IMG/VR virus record: IMGVR_UViG_3300027834_000011
Span: 1 to 44,744 of that record
DNA: 44,744 nucleotides
Direction: 5' to 3' (one strand)
Source of the DNA: a virus
Shown in pieces: positions 8,910 to 18,308 of this stretch. The position numbers and the translations under genes were made by a program. Each line of letters starts with the position of its first letter. Position 1 is the first letter of the stretch. The notes under the pieces are model-generated. The model was not told the DNA's origin, searched no databases, and worked only from the letters and a program-made list of their open reading frames with translations.

Positions 8910-9346
8910 TAACAATAGGAATACCAGCAGAGGCAATTGACCTCATTGTGGAGTCAGAAGCATTTGAGGCCACCCCTTATATTTGCCCTGCTGGTAAACT
9001 TACTATTGGCTATGGCCATGTGATCACCAAAGGTGAGAGCTTTACCAGAATAACAGAGACTAAAGCCAGAGAGCTGCTGATGAAAGATGCTGCTTGGGCT
9101 GCAGTGGCCATTGCCCGGCTGATCTATCAACCTCTATCCCACAACCAGAGAGCTGCCCTTATATCCTTTGTGTACAACATTGGCTCTGGCAACTTCCAGT
9201 GTTCCACCATGAGGGTGTATCTCAACCGGGGGGATTACTATGCTGCTGCTGGTGAATTCTGGAAGTGGAGAAGAGCAAGGGGCATCATCATGGGTGGGCT
9301 AGTGAAAAGAAGGGCGCTTGAAGAAGCGCTGTTCAGGGAAGAATGA
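8906..9346 (+). CDS. Endolysin, GH24 lysozyme family
   Basis: ESEAFEATPYICPAGKLTIGYGH fits the E-x8-(D/C)-x5-T catalytic triad of T4/P21-type lysozymes, here with Cys at the Asp position. Confidence 0.85.
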   Translation: MITIGIPAEAIDLIVESEAFEATPYICPAGKLTIGYGHVITKGESFTRITETKARELLMKDAAWAAVAIARLIYQPLSHNQRAALISFVYNIGSGNFQCSTMRVYLNRGDYYAAAGEFWKWRRARGIIMGGLVKRRALEEALFREE

Positions 9347-9733
9347 TTTTATAATTCTAACCAACTCAGCAAAGCCCTCCTTGTTTCGGTCAAGAATTCT
9401 CACCGGGTCAGGCTGCACATCATCATAATCAGGCCCATAAAATTGATCACCCCAATACAAGCTCATCTGGCCATTGTTGTGGCCCACTAGGATAAGGGCA
9501 AAGCCTCCGCTCTGGCAGTGGTTGTAGCACCACCGCTCTTGTCCATCTTGGAACTTGATCTTGTTGCCCGGGTTGTTGGTCCATTTATTCTCAATCCAAC
9601 CAGAGCCTCCTGTGGCTATGTGAAAGTGAACATCTGGCATTGCGGTGGAAACTTTGTTCTCAACTCGCTGGAGCTTTATGGTGTTGAGGTTCATGTGCCT
9701 CTTCATGTTGTCATATAAAACTTTCTCAGTCAT
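9299..9733 (-). CDS. VRR-NUC / PD-(D/E)xK-type nuclease
   Basis: ATG 9733 overlaps the SNF2 stop by 8 nt. MPDVHF...GSGWIENKW fits a D...E-x-K nuclease core. VRR-NUC next to SNF2 is a common phage pairing. Confidence 0.55.
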   Translation of the reverse strand: MTEKVLYDNMKRHMNLNTIKLQRVENKVSTAMPDVHFHIATGGSGWIENKWTNNPGNKIKFQDGQERWCYNHCQSGGFALILVGHNNGQMSLYWGDQFYGPDYDDVQPDPVRILDRNKEGFAELVRIIKSFFPEQRFFKRPSFH

Positions 9734-11453
9734 GATCTTCAATCAAGAATAGGCTCTCAGGGTCTTGGAGTACGAGTGTGGCCAAGTCTTTCTTTGCCCT
9801 TAGTGCATTAATGATATTGTTATCTTGTGTGTCACCAGCAACCAAGTCCCATATCATTAGGTGGCCTCCTTCTTCAATGGTGTCCTCAAGCCCCTTTCTG
9901 TGTGCCCTCTTCTCACTTTCCTCTCTGAACCTCAGTGATGGATCATTATTATAGAACACCACATGCTTGGCTGCTGTAAGGGTGTGCCCAATACCAGCAT
10001 TCCTTGGCTGCCCAATAAAATACTGGGTGGAGTCATCTGTCATGAACTTTTTCTTGGCAAGCTCTCGGTCATCAGAGTTAATTCCTCCATGATAGCTGAC
10101 AGCAGCATCACCAAGGTGGTTTTGCATTGCCTCAAGATCAGCCCGGAACCTAGAGAAGATGAGCACCTTGCCATCAAGTTGGCTCAATAGGGTGGTAAGG
10201 GCTGCCAATCGGCTTGAAGTCTCTCCTATGGGCTTAAAATCGCCAATCTGAGGCCACCAACCAGCGCTGATTTGTTGGAGGCGCAAACTCTTGACAATTG
10301 CTAGATCAGCCTCAAGTGGATTTTCCCTCTCATTTTCATTGAAATATGCGAGCTTCTTGGAGTTCATCTCATTGTATATGCGGCGCTCTTCCTTGGTGAG
10401 CTCAAAGGTCCAGCGCTTGTATCTCCTTTGGGGAAGATCAAGACAATCTTTCTCAAGCACTCTGTAGCAATAGCCATCAATGCGCTTGTGAAGCTCTGGC
10501 AGGTTCTTATATCCAACCACATCTTTGAAATAGCCAATCTTGCAAAACTCAGCTTTGAATGCTGTGAGGGTGTCATGGCCAATGATAAATGGATCAAGGA
10601 ATAGGAATTGGCTGTAAAGCTCAACAGCACTCTCAGCCACTGGAGCGCCATCCAAGATCATTCGATGTGGAGCCAAAGGAGCGCACTTCCTGATAATAAA
10701 CTTGGTGCGCTTGGCTGTTGGGTTTTTGATTGAGGCGCTTTGGTCAATCACCAGCATGCACCTATTCTCTGTGAGAATTCTCAAAATCCAGTCTTTAGCC
10801 TTTTGGCTTGCGAATGCCTCAACATTGAATGTAAATATCTTAAGGGTGTCATCGCCAGTTGCCAACACTGCCTCATACTCTTTCACCCGGGCTTGTGTTA
10901 AGTTTGGGTTCCACCAAGCGGATTTGTAGTTGCACCAATCCGGGACATCCTCTGGAATTTCATTCTCAGTCCAGTTCCTGTGCACTCCATTTGGCCAAGC
11001 AATAACAACAAGGCAATCAATCTCTTTCTTTTGGAAGAGCCAACAAGCCTTATCAATTGTGACCTTTGTTTTGCCTGTCCCTTGCTCCATGAATAGCCCA
11101 AAGGCTGGTAAATCTCTTGAAAGGAGGAAGGCTTGGCGCTGGTGGTCCATTGGCTCTCTGGCATATTGATATGAGCCATCATCACTTTGTTCAATGTGCT
11201 TGATTGATCTCATTTCCTCTGCTGCCAACTCTGCTGCCAACAACTCATCTTTAATCCCAAGGGCATCACCTTGCCACTCAGCCTCTGGCCAGTGCTCCAT
11301 GATGTATTTGATATTGGCACCAGTTGGTCTGAACATCAAATCCCGGTCAATCCATTTGGTGTGACCGGGCAGCTCTTTTAGGAGGGCATAATTGCCCCCC
11401 TTTAAGCTTGTTGAGATTATGTAATTGCGGTTCTTGTAGTGCTTTATGATCAC
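9726..11453 (-). CDS. SNF2-family helicase/translocase
   Basis: Motif I MEQGTGKTKV, motif II LVIDQSASIKN, helicase-C region LIFSRF...GGINSDDR...QPRNAGIGHTLT. GTG start coupled (GTGA) to the upstream gene. Confidence 0.85.
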   Translation of the reverse strand: MIIKHYKNRNYIISTSLKGGNYALLKELPGHTKWIDRDLMFRPTGANIKYIMEHWPEAEWQGDALGIKDELLAAELAAEEMRSIKHIEQSDDGSYQYAREPMDHQRQAFLLSRDLPAFGLFMEQGTGKTKVTIDKACWLFQKKEIDCLVVIAWPNGVHRNWTENEIPEDVPDWCNYKSAWWNPNLTQARVKEYEAVLATGDDTLKIFTFNVEAFASQKAKDWILRILTENRCMLVIDQSASIKNPTAKRTKFIIRKCAPLAPHRMILDGAPVAESAVELYSQFLFLDPFIIGHDTLTAFKAEFCKIGYFKDVVGYKNLPELHKRIDGYCYRVLEKDCLDLPQRRYKRWTFELTKEERRIYNEMNSKKLAYFNENERENPLEADLAIVKSLRLQQISAGWWPQIGDFKPIGETSSRLAALTTLLSQLDGKVLIFSRFRADLEAMQNHLGDAAVSYHGGINSDDRELAKKKFMTDDSTQYFIGQPRNAGIGHTLTAAKHVVFYNNDPSLRFREESEKRAHRKGLEDTIEEGGHLMIWDLVAGDTQDNNIINALRAKKDLATLVLQDPESLFLIEDHD

Positions 11454-11677
11454 TTAGACCACCTGTGGATGAACTCATCAGGAAGGTTCTCACAGCTATC
11501 TTCAGAATTGATTGAGTCAACTCTGAAGCACTCCCCTGTTGAGTGGCTAAAGTACACCACTGGAGTGATGAAGTATTTAGCAGCCACTAGGTTGATGGCA
11601 ACCACAATAAAGAGAAGCATCAAGAGGCCTGTCAACCGCTCTTTGAAGGTTGATGGCACCTTTGTCTTATCCCGCAT
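11450..11677 (-). CDS. Small membrane protein, hypothetical
   Basis: 75 aa with one TM segment (GLLMLLFIVVAINLVAAKYF). It overlaps both neighbours. Confidence 0.5.
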   Translation of the reverse strand: MRDKTKVPSTFKERLTGLLMLLFIVVAINLVAAKYFITPVVYFSHSTGECFRVDSINSEDSCENLPDEFIHRWSK

Positions 11678-12068
11678 CTTTAAGCTCCTTGCGCTCTTGA
11701 GCAGTCAACATTTTGCTATCACAAACTGGACACTTGGGCCTAGCCCAATCAAGACAGAGCTTGTTTGTTTTAAGCATGTATCCATCCTCTGGACAGCGCA
11801 AGTTGTAGTGCTTGACTTCATCAGAAAGCTTCTTCTTGGCTTCCTTCTCAGGGGCAGCTTCAGCTTTTGCGGTGATGATTTTCCAGACTTCTTTATCAGA
11901 GGCTTTAAGGCTCTTGACTTCTGCTGGGGTTGCTTCTTCCAAGGCTCTCTTTAGCTTGTCCATGCCAGTTGCCCTTGAGGCAAATCGCTTTACAGAAGAG
12001 ATTGTGATTGTGTTGTAGGCGGCAACTAGCTCTGGGCCAGTCAAAGTTGTTAAATCATAGTTCATCAT
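11667..12068 (-). CDS. Hypothetical protein with a C-terminal 4-Cys zinc ribbon
   Basis: 133 aa. The C-terminus NLRCPEDGYMLKTNKLCLDWARPKCPVCDSKMLT is homologous to the C-terminus of the SprT-like protein at 31884-32486. Confidence 0.6.
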   Translation of the reverse strand: MMNYDLTTLTGPELVAAYNTITISSVKRFASRATGMDKLKRALEEATPAEVKSLKASDKEVWKIITAKAEAAPEKEAKKKLSDEVKHYNLRCPEDGYMLKTNKLCLDWARPKCPVCDSKMLTAQERKELKDAG

Positions 12069-12129
12069 TAGTTCCTTTCATTTCTTTCACTCAGAATAGT
12101 ATCTTCTATTTTTGACCAGAAGGCAACAG

Positions 12130-14997
12130 TTAAGTTTCTTTTGAATTCAATGGCTTAACATAATCTTCATTTCCAGTTAGCTTTATGAAGCGCTTGATGT
12201 AAGCCTTTCTGAAGCCCTTCCTTGTCCTAGCTTTGAAGATGTACCAATCACCAATTTTGCCCTCATCAACAATCTTCTTTCCCCACTTTAGATAGTCATA
12301 GCGATTAATAGAGGCCATGATTGCATCAGTGTCATCCTCTAGGGTCATATTGAGATAGAGTGTTTGGCCTTGCATGATTGAGCCTCCCCTCTTCTCAATG
12401 TTGATTGGCTCATTGTGGTCACGTTGGTTTTTGGTTGCCAGCTTTGCTATGAACACAACCATGCCATTTGACTTGTCTGTTATGTCCTCAACATTTCTGA
12501 GCCGGGATGCAATGTTGTATGCGTCAGGGTCATCATAGATATGCCCCCAAAGGTCTTGTCCCTCCGAAATTGTATCATATGGGGTGACAGGATTGTCCAT
12601 CAACTTATGGTGGCGAGGGGTCAAGTCTCTTCCCTCTTCCCTCCGCAGCATGATGTCTGCTGCCATCTTGAGGCCAATCCCCTTGATGCCTATCAATCCA
12701 CCAATCAACTTGCCATCTTGAACTGACCATTGATCAGTAGAAAGCTCCTTGTTGAATGGCTCATATTCATAGCCCTCTTCTCTGAGCTCACGCAGGATTT
12801 TGATTGTTTGGTCATCATCCTTGGCGTGTCTCAAAGAGGCAGCAGCAAATTCAAGGTGGAATTTCCCTTTCAATAAACAACACCAATAGCTGATCAACCC
12901 ATAGGCCACAGCGTGAGATCGGTTGAAGGCCCATGAGCCCATGGTGTTAATCTTGCTCCAAATTTCTGCCGCTTTCTCTTCCTCAATCCCTTGGTTGGCA
13001 GCTCCCTTTTTGAATTGCTTCCACTGCTTGTCAAAGTATTCCTCACCAAGCGACTTGCTCATTGCCTTTCTGATTGAGGATGTTTCTTCCCATGAGAACT
13101 GGCCAATATCTCTAACAATCTGCATCACCTGCTCTTGATAAACAATCACCCCATATGTGACCTCTGTTATGTCCTTGGCCAGTGGATGAAGATATTCAAT
13201 TGGAGACTTGCCAGAGTGCCTTTCCAGCCACTCAGTAGCACCACCAGAGTTGAGAGGCCCGGGCCTAGCTAGAGCGGTGATTGATACCATGTCCTCAAAA
13301 TTCTTCATGGTGATCCGCTTGGTCAAGCTTTGCAGGGCATATCCCTCAAACTGGAAGATGCCAGAGAATTGTCCATTGTTGAGAACTTTAAAAGCTGCTG
13401 GATCATCTGTTGGGTACTCCATCAACTGCTCTCTAGTCCACCCAATTTGATCAAGGGTGTCTTGTAGCACTGAAAGGGTTCTAAGGCCCAGCGCATCAAT
13501 CTTCAGAAGATTAAGCTCCTCAGCATCATACTTATCCACCATGGAGGCTCCTGTGCGCTCATCCACTGAACAATAGTATGAAACTGGGTCTGCAGTCACT
13601 AGAATTCCAGCAGCATGTTGCCCTGTGTGCTTGGCATGTCCTTCAATATCTGTACAAACAACCATCTCAGGATATTTCTCAAGAACTCTCTGCCCCGGGG
13701 CAAGCTGCTCAAAGGTGTCCATGATGCAAAAGTTTGCCCGGCTGTCACCACCAGACCTTTCCAAGATTGAGTCTTTCAAATCCTTCATTTCCCATGCAGG
13801 GATGTTGAGTGCCTTTGCTACCTCCCCAATGGTTGACTTTGGCTTGAAGCGGTTGATGGTGCCTAGCCTAGCCACACACTCAGAGCCATACTTGTCCTTT
13901 AGGTAGTCAAACACCATGTCGCGCCTGTCATCTGGGAAGTCAATGTCAATATCAGGATAATCAGCCCGGTTGATATCAATGAAGCGCTCAAACAATAGTC
14001 CATATGGAATTGGATCAATCTCAGTTATTCTTAGGATATAGCAGACCAATGAGCCACAAGATGATCCACGAGCTGGACCCACAAGCATATTATCCTTGGC
14101 GAAGTCAATCATATCAGCCACGACATAGAAATAATCAGCAAAATCCTTCTCATCAATGAGGTCAAGCTCTCTCTTTAGCCTGTCACCATACACTGGGTCA
14201 GATAGGTCAACCCCTCTTGATGGTGCTGCCTCTTCACACATCTGCTTGAGTTTCTTCTCAACAACAGGCTTAACCATTTGGGCCTTTGGCAATTCCACTG
14301 TGCAACTCTCAGCAATTTCCTCTGCTGTTTTGATTGCCCGGTCAATGATTTCTTGGTCACACCAGTACAATTCCTCAGCCAACTCATATTCATTTATGAT
14401 GTGTTGCGCAGAAGCCTTTTTCTCAGCTCCCATGCTGCAGACAATCTGATATGGGCCAGAGCAATCTGGTGTTGGGTAATAGTTGTCAGAGCATGCCACA
14501 AAATCTCCATTTATTGCATCAACCTTCTCAGCATCCTTCTTTGTTGTAGTTGGATCAAGGGCATAGTATATATTGTCACCCTCATCAATCTTCATAACGG
14601 CTGACGCAGGAAGGATTAGAGTGATGTTTGTTGAGACATGCTTGATTTCCTCCCAATCCAATCTTGGGATATAGTAGAACTTTTCAGTGGCAAGCGTCAC
14701 CAACTCATAAAGCTCCTTGAGGCCAACTTCATTATTGGCAATCAGCCGGACCCAACTCACTCCCTGTTTGGTGCGCTCTTCCATGTCATCAACAATAGCA
14801 AGCTCTACGCCATAGATTGGCTTGATGCCCTTCTTGTCACAAGCCTTTTTCCACTGTACATGCCCCCAAGTTCCATGGCGGTCACACATCCCTGCTGACT
14901 TGCCATTCATATCAAGAACAACCTCAAGGCTTCCAAATGCTGCCCGGAATGAAAATTCAGTTCTGTTGCATAAATTTATCATCAATCTTGTATCCAT
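12130..14997 (-). CDS. dnaE: DNA polymerase III alpha subunit (DnaE-type)
   Basis: GPARGSSCGSLVCYILRITEIDPI, ERFIDINRADYPDIDIDF (catalytic Asp pair), HAAGILV, KIDALGLRTLSVL and an HhH-like GIKGIGLKMA. The start is taken at ATG 14997 (MDTRLMINLCNRTEFSF); the longest ORF extends to 15039. Confidence 0.9.
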   Translation of the reverse strand: MDTRLMINLCNRTEFSFRAAFGSLEVVLDMNGKSAGMCDRHGTWGHVQWKKACDKKGIKPIYGVELAIVDDMEERTKQGVSWVRLIANNEVGLKELYELVTLATEKFYYIPRLDWEEIKHVSTNITLILPASAVMKIDEGDNIYYALDPTTTKKDAEKVDAINGDFVACSDNYYPTPDCSGPYQIVCSMGAEKKASAQHIINEYELAEELYWCDQEIIDRAIKTAEEIAESCTVELPKAQMVKPVVEKKLKQMCEEAAPSRGVDLSDPVYGDRLKRELDLIDEKDFADYFYVVADMIDFAKDNMLVGPARGSSCGSLVCYILRITEIDPIPYGLLFERFIDINRADYPDIDIDFPDDRRDMVFDYLKDKYGSECVARLGTINRFKPKSTIGEVAKALNIPAWEMKDLKDSILERSGGDSRANFCIMDTFEQLAPGQRVLEKYPEMVVCTDIEGHAKHTGQHAAGILVTADPVSYYCSVDERTGASMVDKYDAEELNLLKIDALGLRTLSVLQDTLDQIGWTREQLMEYPTDDPAAFKVLNNGQFSGIFQFEGYALQSLTKRITMKNFEDMVSITALARPGPLNSGGATEWLERHSGKSPIEYLHPLAKDITEVTYGVIVYQEQVMQIVRDIGQFSWEETSSIRKAMSKSLGEEYFDKQWKQFKKGAANQGIEEEKAAEIWSKINTMGSWAFNRSHAVAYGLISYWCCLLKGKFHLEFAAASLRHAKDDDQTIKILRELREEGYEYEPFNKELSTDQWSVQDGKLIGGLIGIKGIGLKMAADIMLRREEGRDLTPRHHKLMDNPVTPYDTISEGQDLWGHIYDDPDAYNIASRLRNVEDITDKSNGMVVFIAKLATKNQRDHNEPINIEKRGGSIMQGQTLYLNMTLEDDTDAIMASINRYDYLKWGKKIVDEGKIGDWYIFKARTRKGFRKAYIKRFIKLTGNEDYVKPLNSKET

Positions 14998-16196
14998 GTT
15001 AGTTGTTCTTTGGCTCTGGTGACAGCAGTGTAAAGCCACTGCTTTCTGAATTCCTTTTTCTGCTTCATCATCTTATCATCAGCCACAATTACATTGTTCC
15101 ACTCGCTGCCCTGAGATTTATGGCAGGTGATGGCATAGGCATAATCCAACTCAAGAAGCCCTCGCCTTGAGAAGAAAGGCTCTTCCTTCTCCCCATCACT
15201 ATAGGTTTTAAGGCAGTGGTATTCATAGAACGGGACATCAGTGTAAATCTGTCCATCATATTCAACTGATATGAGCCACTGGCCACTATCATCAACATAA
15301 GCATCACCAATGCAGTTCATCTGGACCCCATTAATGAATGGACCTCTTTGTGCATTCTTGAGGCAGATTAAGCGCTCATCCTTCTGTGGGATTTGGCCTT
15401 CATATTCAAGCTTCTTTCTGAACCACTTGTTCAGCTTGTGGCGAGTTCTATTCATCCCAGTGATGACTTGATCAGCATCCATCCACTGTTGGTGAGTCAC
15501 TTCTGTCTTGGATACAATGCGACAAAGATCAGATTGATATTGCGCCCGGTCAACAGAGCCATTGCGCACATCCATAGATAGGCGAATGATTGGGCTTTCT
15601 AGCGCTTGTCTGTGAACCTCTTCCAAGACAGCATTGGGTGTGGCCTTTGTGAACCAGCCATCATCGCCAACTGGAGGAAGCTGCCCTCCATCACCAACAA
15701 ATAATATCTTTGCGCCAGTTGATACCAGATCATCTCTCATGGCCTTAGTTGCCATGGATGATTCATCAACAATTATGAGCTGATCTTTTGCTACATCTGG
15801 ACCACCATTATACTCAAAAGAAAGCTTTGAAGAGGTCAAATCCCTCCGCATATCTTCAACCTGTTGGCTCAACTCAAAGTCATCCGGGTTCTCTTTTAGC
15901 TTCTTCTTGAGAATTTCATATTCACCAGAGCCAGCAGAGTTTGGAGAGTAAAGGAGCTTGTGAACGGTGGTCACATCAATCCCATCAAGCTTGCTCTTTA
16001 AGACTGATGCAGCCTTACCAGTTGGCGCACAACAGGCTAGTGTTCCTGTGAAGGTGCTGGCCAGCTCTTGAAGGAGGAATGTCTTTCCAGTTCCAGCATA
16101 TCCATGAAGGGTGAAGAGGGGGTCACTTGAATTGGAGTACCAATCCTTGATGCCTTTGGCTGCATTGCTTTGTTCAACTGATAAAGTCATCAACAA
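14982..16196 (-). CDS. SF1B DNA helicase (RecD/Dda-like)
   Basis: Walker A GYAGTGKT, motif II IIVDESSM, FVGDGGQLPPV and the C-terminal YAITCHKSQGSEW. Confidence 0.85.
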   Translation of the reverse strand: MLMTLSVEQSNAAKGIKDWYSNSSDPLFTLHGYAGTGKTFLLQELASTFTGTLACCAPTGKAASVLKSKLDGIDVTTVHKLLYSPNSAGSGEYEILKKKLKENPDDFELSQQVEDMRRDLTSSKLSFEYNGGPDVAKDQLIIVDESSMATKAMRDDLVSTGAKILFVGDGGQLPPVGDDGWFTKATPNAVLEEVHRQALESPIIRLSMDVRNGSVDRAQYQSDLCRIVSKTEVTHQQWMDADQVITGMNRTRHKLNKWFRKKLEYEGQIPQKDERLICLKNAQRGPFINGVQMNCIGDAYVDDSGQWLISVEYDGQIYTDVPFYEYHCLKTYSDGEKEEPFFSRRGLLELDYAYAITCHKSQGSEWNNVIVADDKMMKQKKEFRKQWLYTAVTRAKEQLTWIQD

Positions 16197-16395
16197 TTAT
16201 CTTTCTGTTTTTGGTGGCGCAATCTGGGTGGAATTTTTTCCACTCTCTGTGCTCACAATTGAAAATGGCAATAAGCCTTTTATTCTCTTTGTCAATCCAC
16301 CGCATCATAGCAGCTAGATTTGCCCAAGGCCAAAATTGAACACTCTGCGCCTCCACTGGAATAAATCTTGGCTCAAGCGCCCACAAATATGTCAT
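16174..16395 (-). CDS. Hypothetical protein
   Basis: 73-aa ORF co-oriented with and overlapping its neighbours. No motif recognised. Confidence 0.4.
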   Translation of the reverse strand: MTYLWALEPRFIPVEAQSVQFWPWANLAAMMRWIDKENKRLIAIFNCEHREWKKFHPDCATKNRKIIVDDFIS

Positions 16396-16799
16396 TGCTC
16401 TTCTGCCTTTCTGTGATAGGTCTTGGTTGGCTTATCACCAACAAATGGTGATTCAGCAGTCCTAGCCCCTTTGTGCTCTCCAGAGGTTATTTCAATAATC
16501 CTCCAATTCTTTGCCCAGACTTCATTCTTGACTCTCCCACACATTGCCAAGTCCATTATCCTTACGCCAGCAGCGCATATTCCATGGTCAGATAGGAACT
16601 CCCCATTTGTTGGGCATCTATCCCCTGCTAAAGCAGTCTTGACAACTATGTTGAAAACCTTCTCCATGGCTTTCTTGGTTGAGGTGGCTTTCCTGTGTGG
16701 CTTTTTAGGCTCATCACCAGAGTTCTTCTTTTTAGGCCTGTTCAATTCAGGCCTAAATGTTTTCTGTAGTGCTAGAGCTGCCTCTGTGTATTCCCCCAT
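16392..16799 (-). CDS. Hypothetical protein with a basic N-terminus
   Basis: 135 aa, with AGGAAGAAAGAGGAG upstream of ATG 16799 and a Lys/Pro-rich N-terminal third. No domain recognised. Confidence 0.5.
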   Translation of the reverse strand: MGEYTEAALALQKTFRPELNRPKKKNSGDEPKKPHRKATSTKKAMEKVFNIVVKTALAGDRCPTNGEFLSDHGICAAGVRIMDLAMCGRVKNEVWAKNWRIIEITSGEHKGARTAESPFVGDKPTKTYHRKAEEQ

Positions 16800-16804
16800 G
16801 GTGA

Positions 16805-16909
16805 TTACTCCTCTTTCTTCCTAGCCTTGGTGTTGTTTACAGCCCCTCCATTCTTGAAGTGGATTTCAGGGTGATCAGCCAAGAGCTTCTTTGCTGTTAT
16901 CTTGGCCAT
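16805..16909 (-). CDS. Possible 34-aa basic mini-protein (not in the ORF track)
   Basis: It translates to MAKITAKKLLADHPEIHFKNGGAVNNTKARKKEE. Its ATG shares a base with the MazG stop (TAATG), and it fills the otherwise empty 16800-16908 gap. Confidence 0.3.
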   Translation of the reverse strand: MAKITAKKLLADHPEIHFKNGGAVNNTKARKKEE

Positions 16910-17256
16910 TACACCCTCTCCTCAAATCCGAATTTCTCAGAGGTTGCATTGAACTTTTCTTTGATGATGTCTTCAAGATCAACACCCAGCTCATTGGCAA
17001 TCAAATCTGCATAGATTATCACATCAGCAATCTCTAGTGCAGCTTGCTTCTTTAGATCAGCCATGTCAGCTTCAGTCTCACGAGTGACAGCGCCTGTTTC
17101 AATGCGCCGGATTTTCTTGATCACATTACAAAGCTCACCTGTTTCACCAGCCAGAGCATTGCCCCAATCAGCCAAGCTCCACTTTTCACCTGAGTGCCAA
17201 GCCTCAGCCCGGGCAACACTTGCCTCTCTCAATCTTCTTAAAAAATCTAACATCAC
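16909..17256 (-). CDS. MazG-like nucleoside triphosphate pyrophosphohydrolase
   Basis: 115 aa, all-helical. GETGELCNVIKK and EIADVIIYADLIANELGVDLEDIIKEKF match the MazG acidic helix pattern. Confidence 0.75.
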   Translation of the reverse strand: MMLDFLRRLREASVARAEAWHSGEKWSLADWGNALAGETGELCNVIKKIRRIETGAVTRETEADMADLKKQAALEIADVIIYADLIANELGVDLEDIIKEKFNATSEKFGFEERV

Positions 17257-17456
17257 ACTAGTCCTTTCTCTGTTGCAAGCTGCTCAGTCATTGTTAAAAC
17301 TTTATCATAAGGGTCATATTCAACTTGGGACTTTGGCAGCCAAATCCCCTTTTTGTCCCCATCATCATCCCGGCTCTCACCATCCCAAACAAGATATGCT
17401 TTGGGTGTTTCATGGATGACTTCATGATCATCAACGTCAATCAAGTTGCTTTTCAT
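17253..17456 (-). CDS. Hypothetical protein
   Basis: TAATG coupling at 17456 (MKSNLIDVDD...KAYLVWDG...IWLPKSQVEY). 67 aa. Confidence 0.5.
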   Translation of the reverse strand: MKSNLIDVDDHEVIHETPKAYLVWDGESRDDDGDKKGIWLPKSQVEYDPYDKVLTMTEQLATEKGLV

Positions 17457-17992
17457 TACAGCAACCCCTTCTCTCTCATCCACTTGACGCAGGCGACAAG
17501 GGCTTCAGTGTCAGCCATTGCTCTGTGAGCACCTTCAAATTCTTCCCCTGTTGCCTCTTTGTATAGCTTGGCCAAGCTCAAGCGATAGCCATGGAGAGAA
17601 TAAGATTTCTCAACTGTACATATGTGGCGTGGAGGCCATGGGAATTGAAGTTGGCGACCTAGCCGGGCAAGCTCAAAGAACATCATCTTTCTATCAAAGT
17701 CAAGGTTGTGCGCCACAAGCGTTGTCTCACCAAGGAAGAAGCTAGCAAGCTTCCCATAGCTGGCTGAGAATGGCAGTTCATCTTTCAATAGATCATCTGT
17801 TATGCCTGTGATCTCAACAATCTTTGATGGGAGCTTTATCCCCGGATTGGCTAAGAATTCAAGGCGCTCAACCTCTTCAAGAGTTTCAGGATCAAGCTTA
17901 ATCCCAGCAAACTCAATTATCTGTGGCTGTTGTTTCAAGGGTACAGCATCACCCTTCGCAAATCCAGTTGTCTCTGTGTCAAAAATTATCAC
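17456..17992 (-). CDS. DEDDh 3'-5' exonuclease (DnaQ/epsilon-like)
   Basis: ExoI IIFDTETTG, ExoII VAHNLDFDRKM, ExoIII GAHRAMADTEAL (H-x4-D). Confidence 0.85.
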   Translation of the reverse strand: MIIFDTETTGFAKGDAVPLKQQPQIIEFAGIKLDPETLEEVERLEFLANPGIKLPSKIVEITGITDDLLKDELPFSASYGKLASFFLGETTLVAHNLDFDRKMMFFELARLGRQLQFPWPPRHICTVEKSYSLHGYRLSLAKLYKEATGEEFEGAHRAMADTEALVACVKWMREKGLL

Positions 17993-18308
17993 AATAAAAT
18001 TCCTCTTCTTCTTTCTGCCTTATGGCAATCAATTCAAAATATTCATCCCAGCTCTTTGGGAGCCTTGTATCATCTTGGGTGCGCATGTGATCAAATACAC
18101 CTTCACAACTCCATATAGTCTCAGCACCGTTGGCCACATCGCACTGCCCATCATTGTTGCTCTGGCAGCTTTCGCATTCCCCCTTGTCCATCTCATAGTA
18201 GCTTTCAGCCCACTGGGAGCCGTTGCACTTGCCTCCGCTTATCCTATGGGGGAAGTCATAGGCATCACAGAGACAAGTGACATTTATTCTAGGGTGATCT
18301 TTCATCAT
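17979..18308 (-). CDS. Cys-rich hypothetical protein (putative metal-binding)
   Basis: The start is taken at ATG 18308/18305 (MMKDHPRINV). It has 8 Cys in ~60 aa, including CLCDAYDFPHRISGGKC and ECESCQSNNDGQC. Confidence 0.5.
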   Translation of the reverse strand: MMKDHPRINVTCLCDAYDFPHRISGGKCNGSQWAESYYEMDKGECESCQSNNDGQCDVANGAETIWSCEGVFDHMRTQDDTRLPKSWDEYFELIAIRQKEEEEFYCDNF

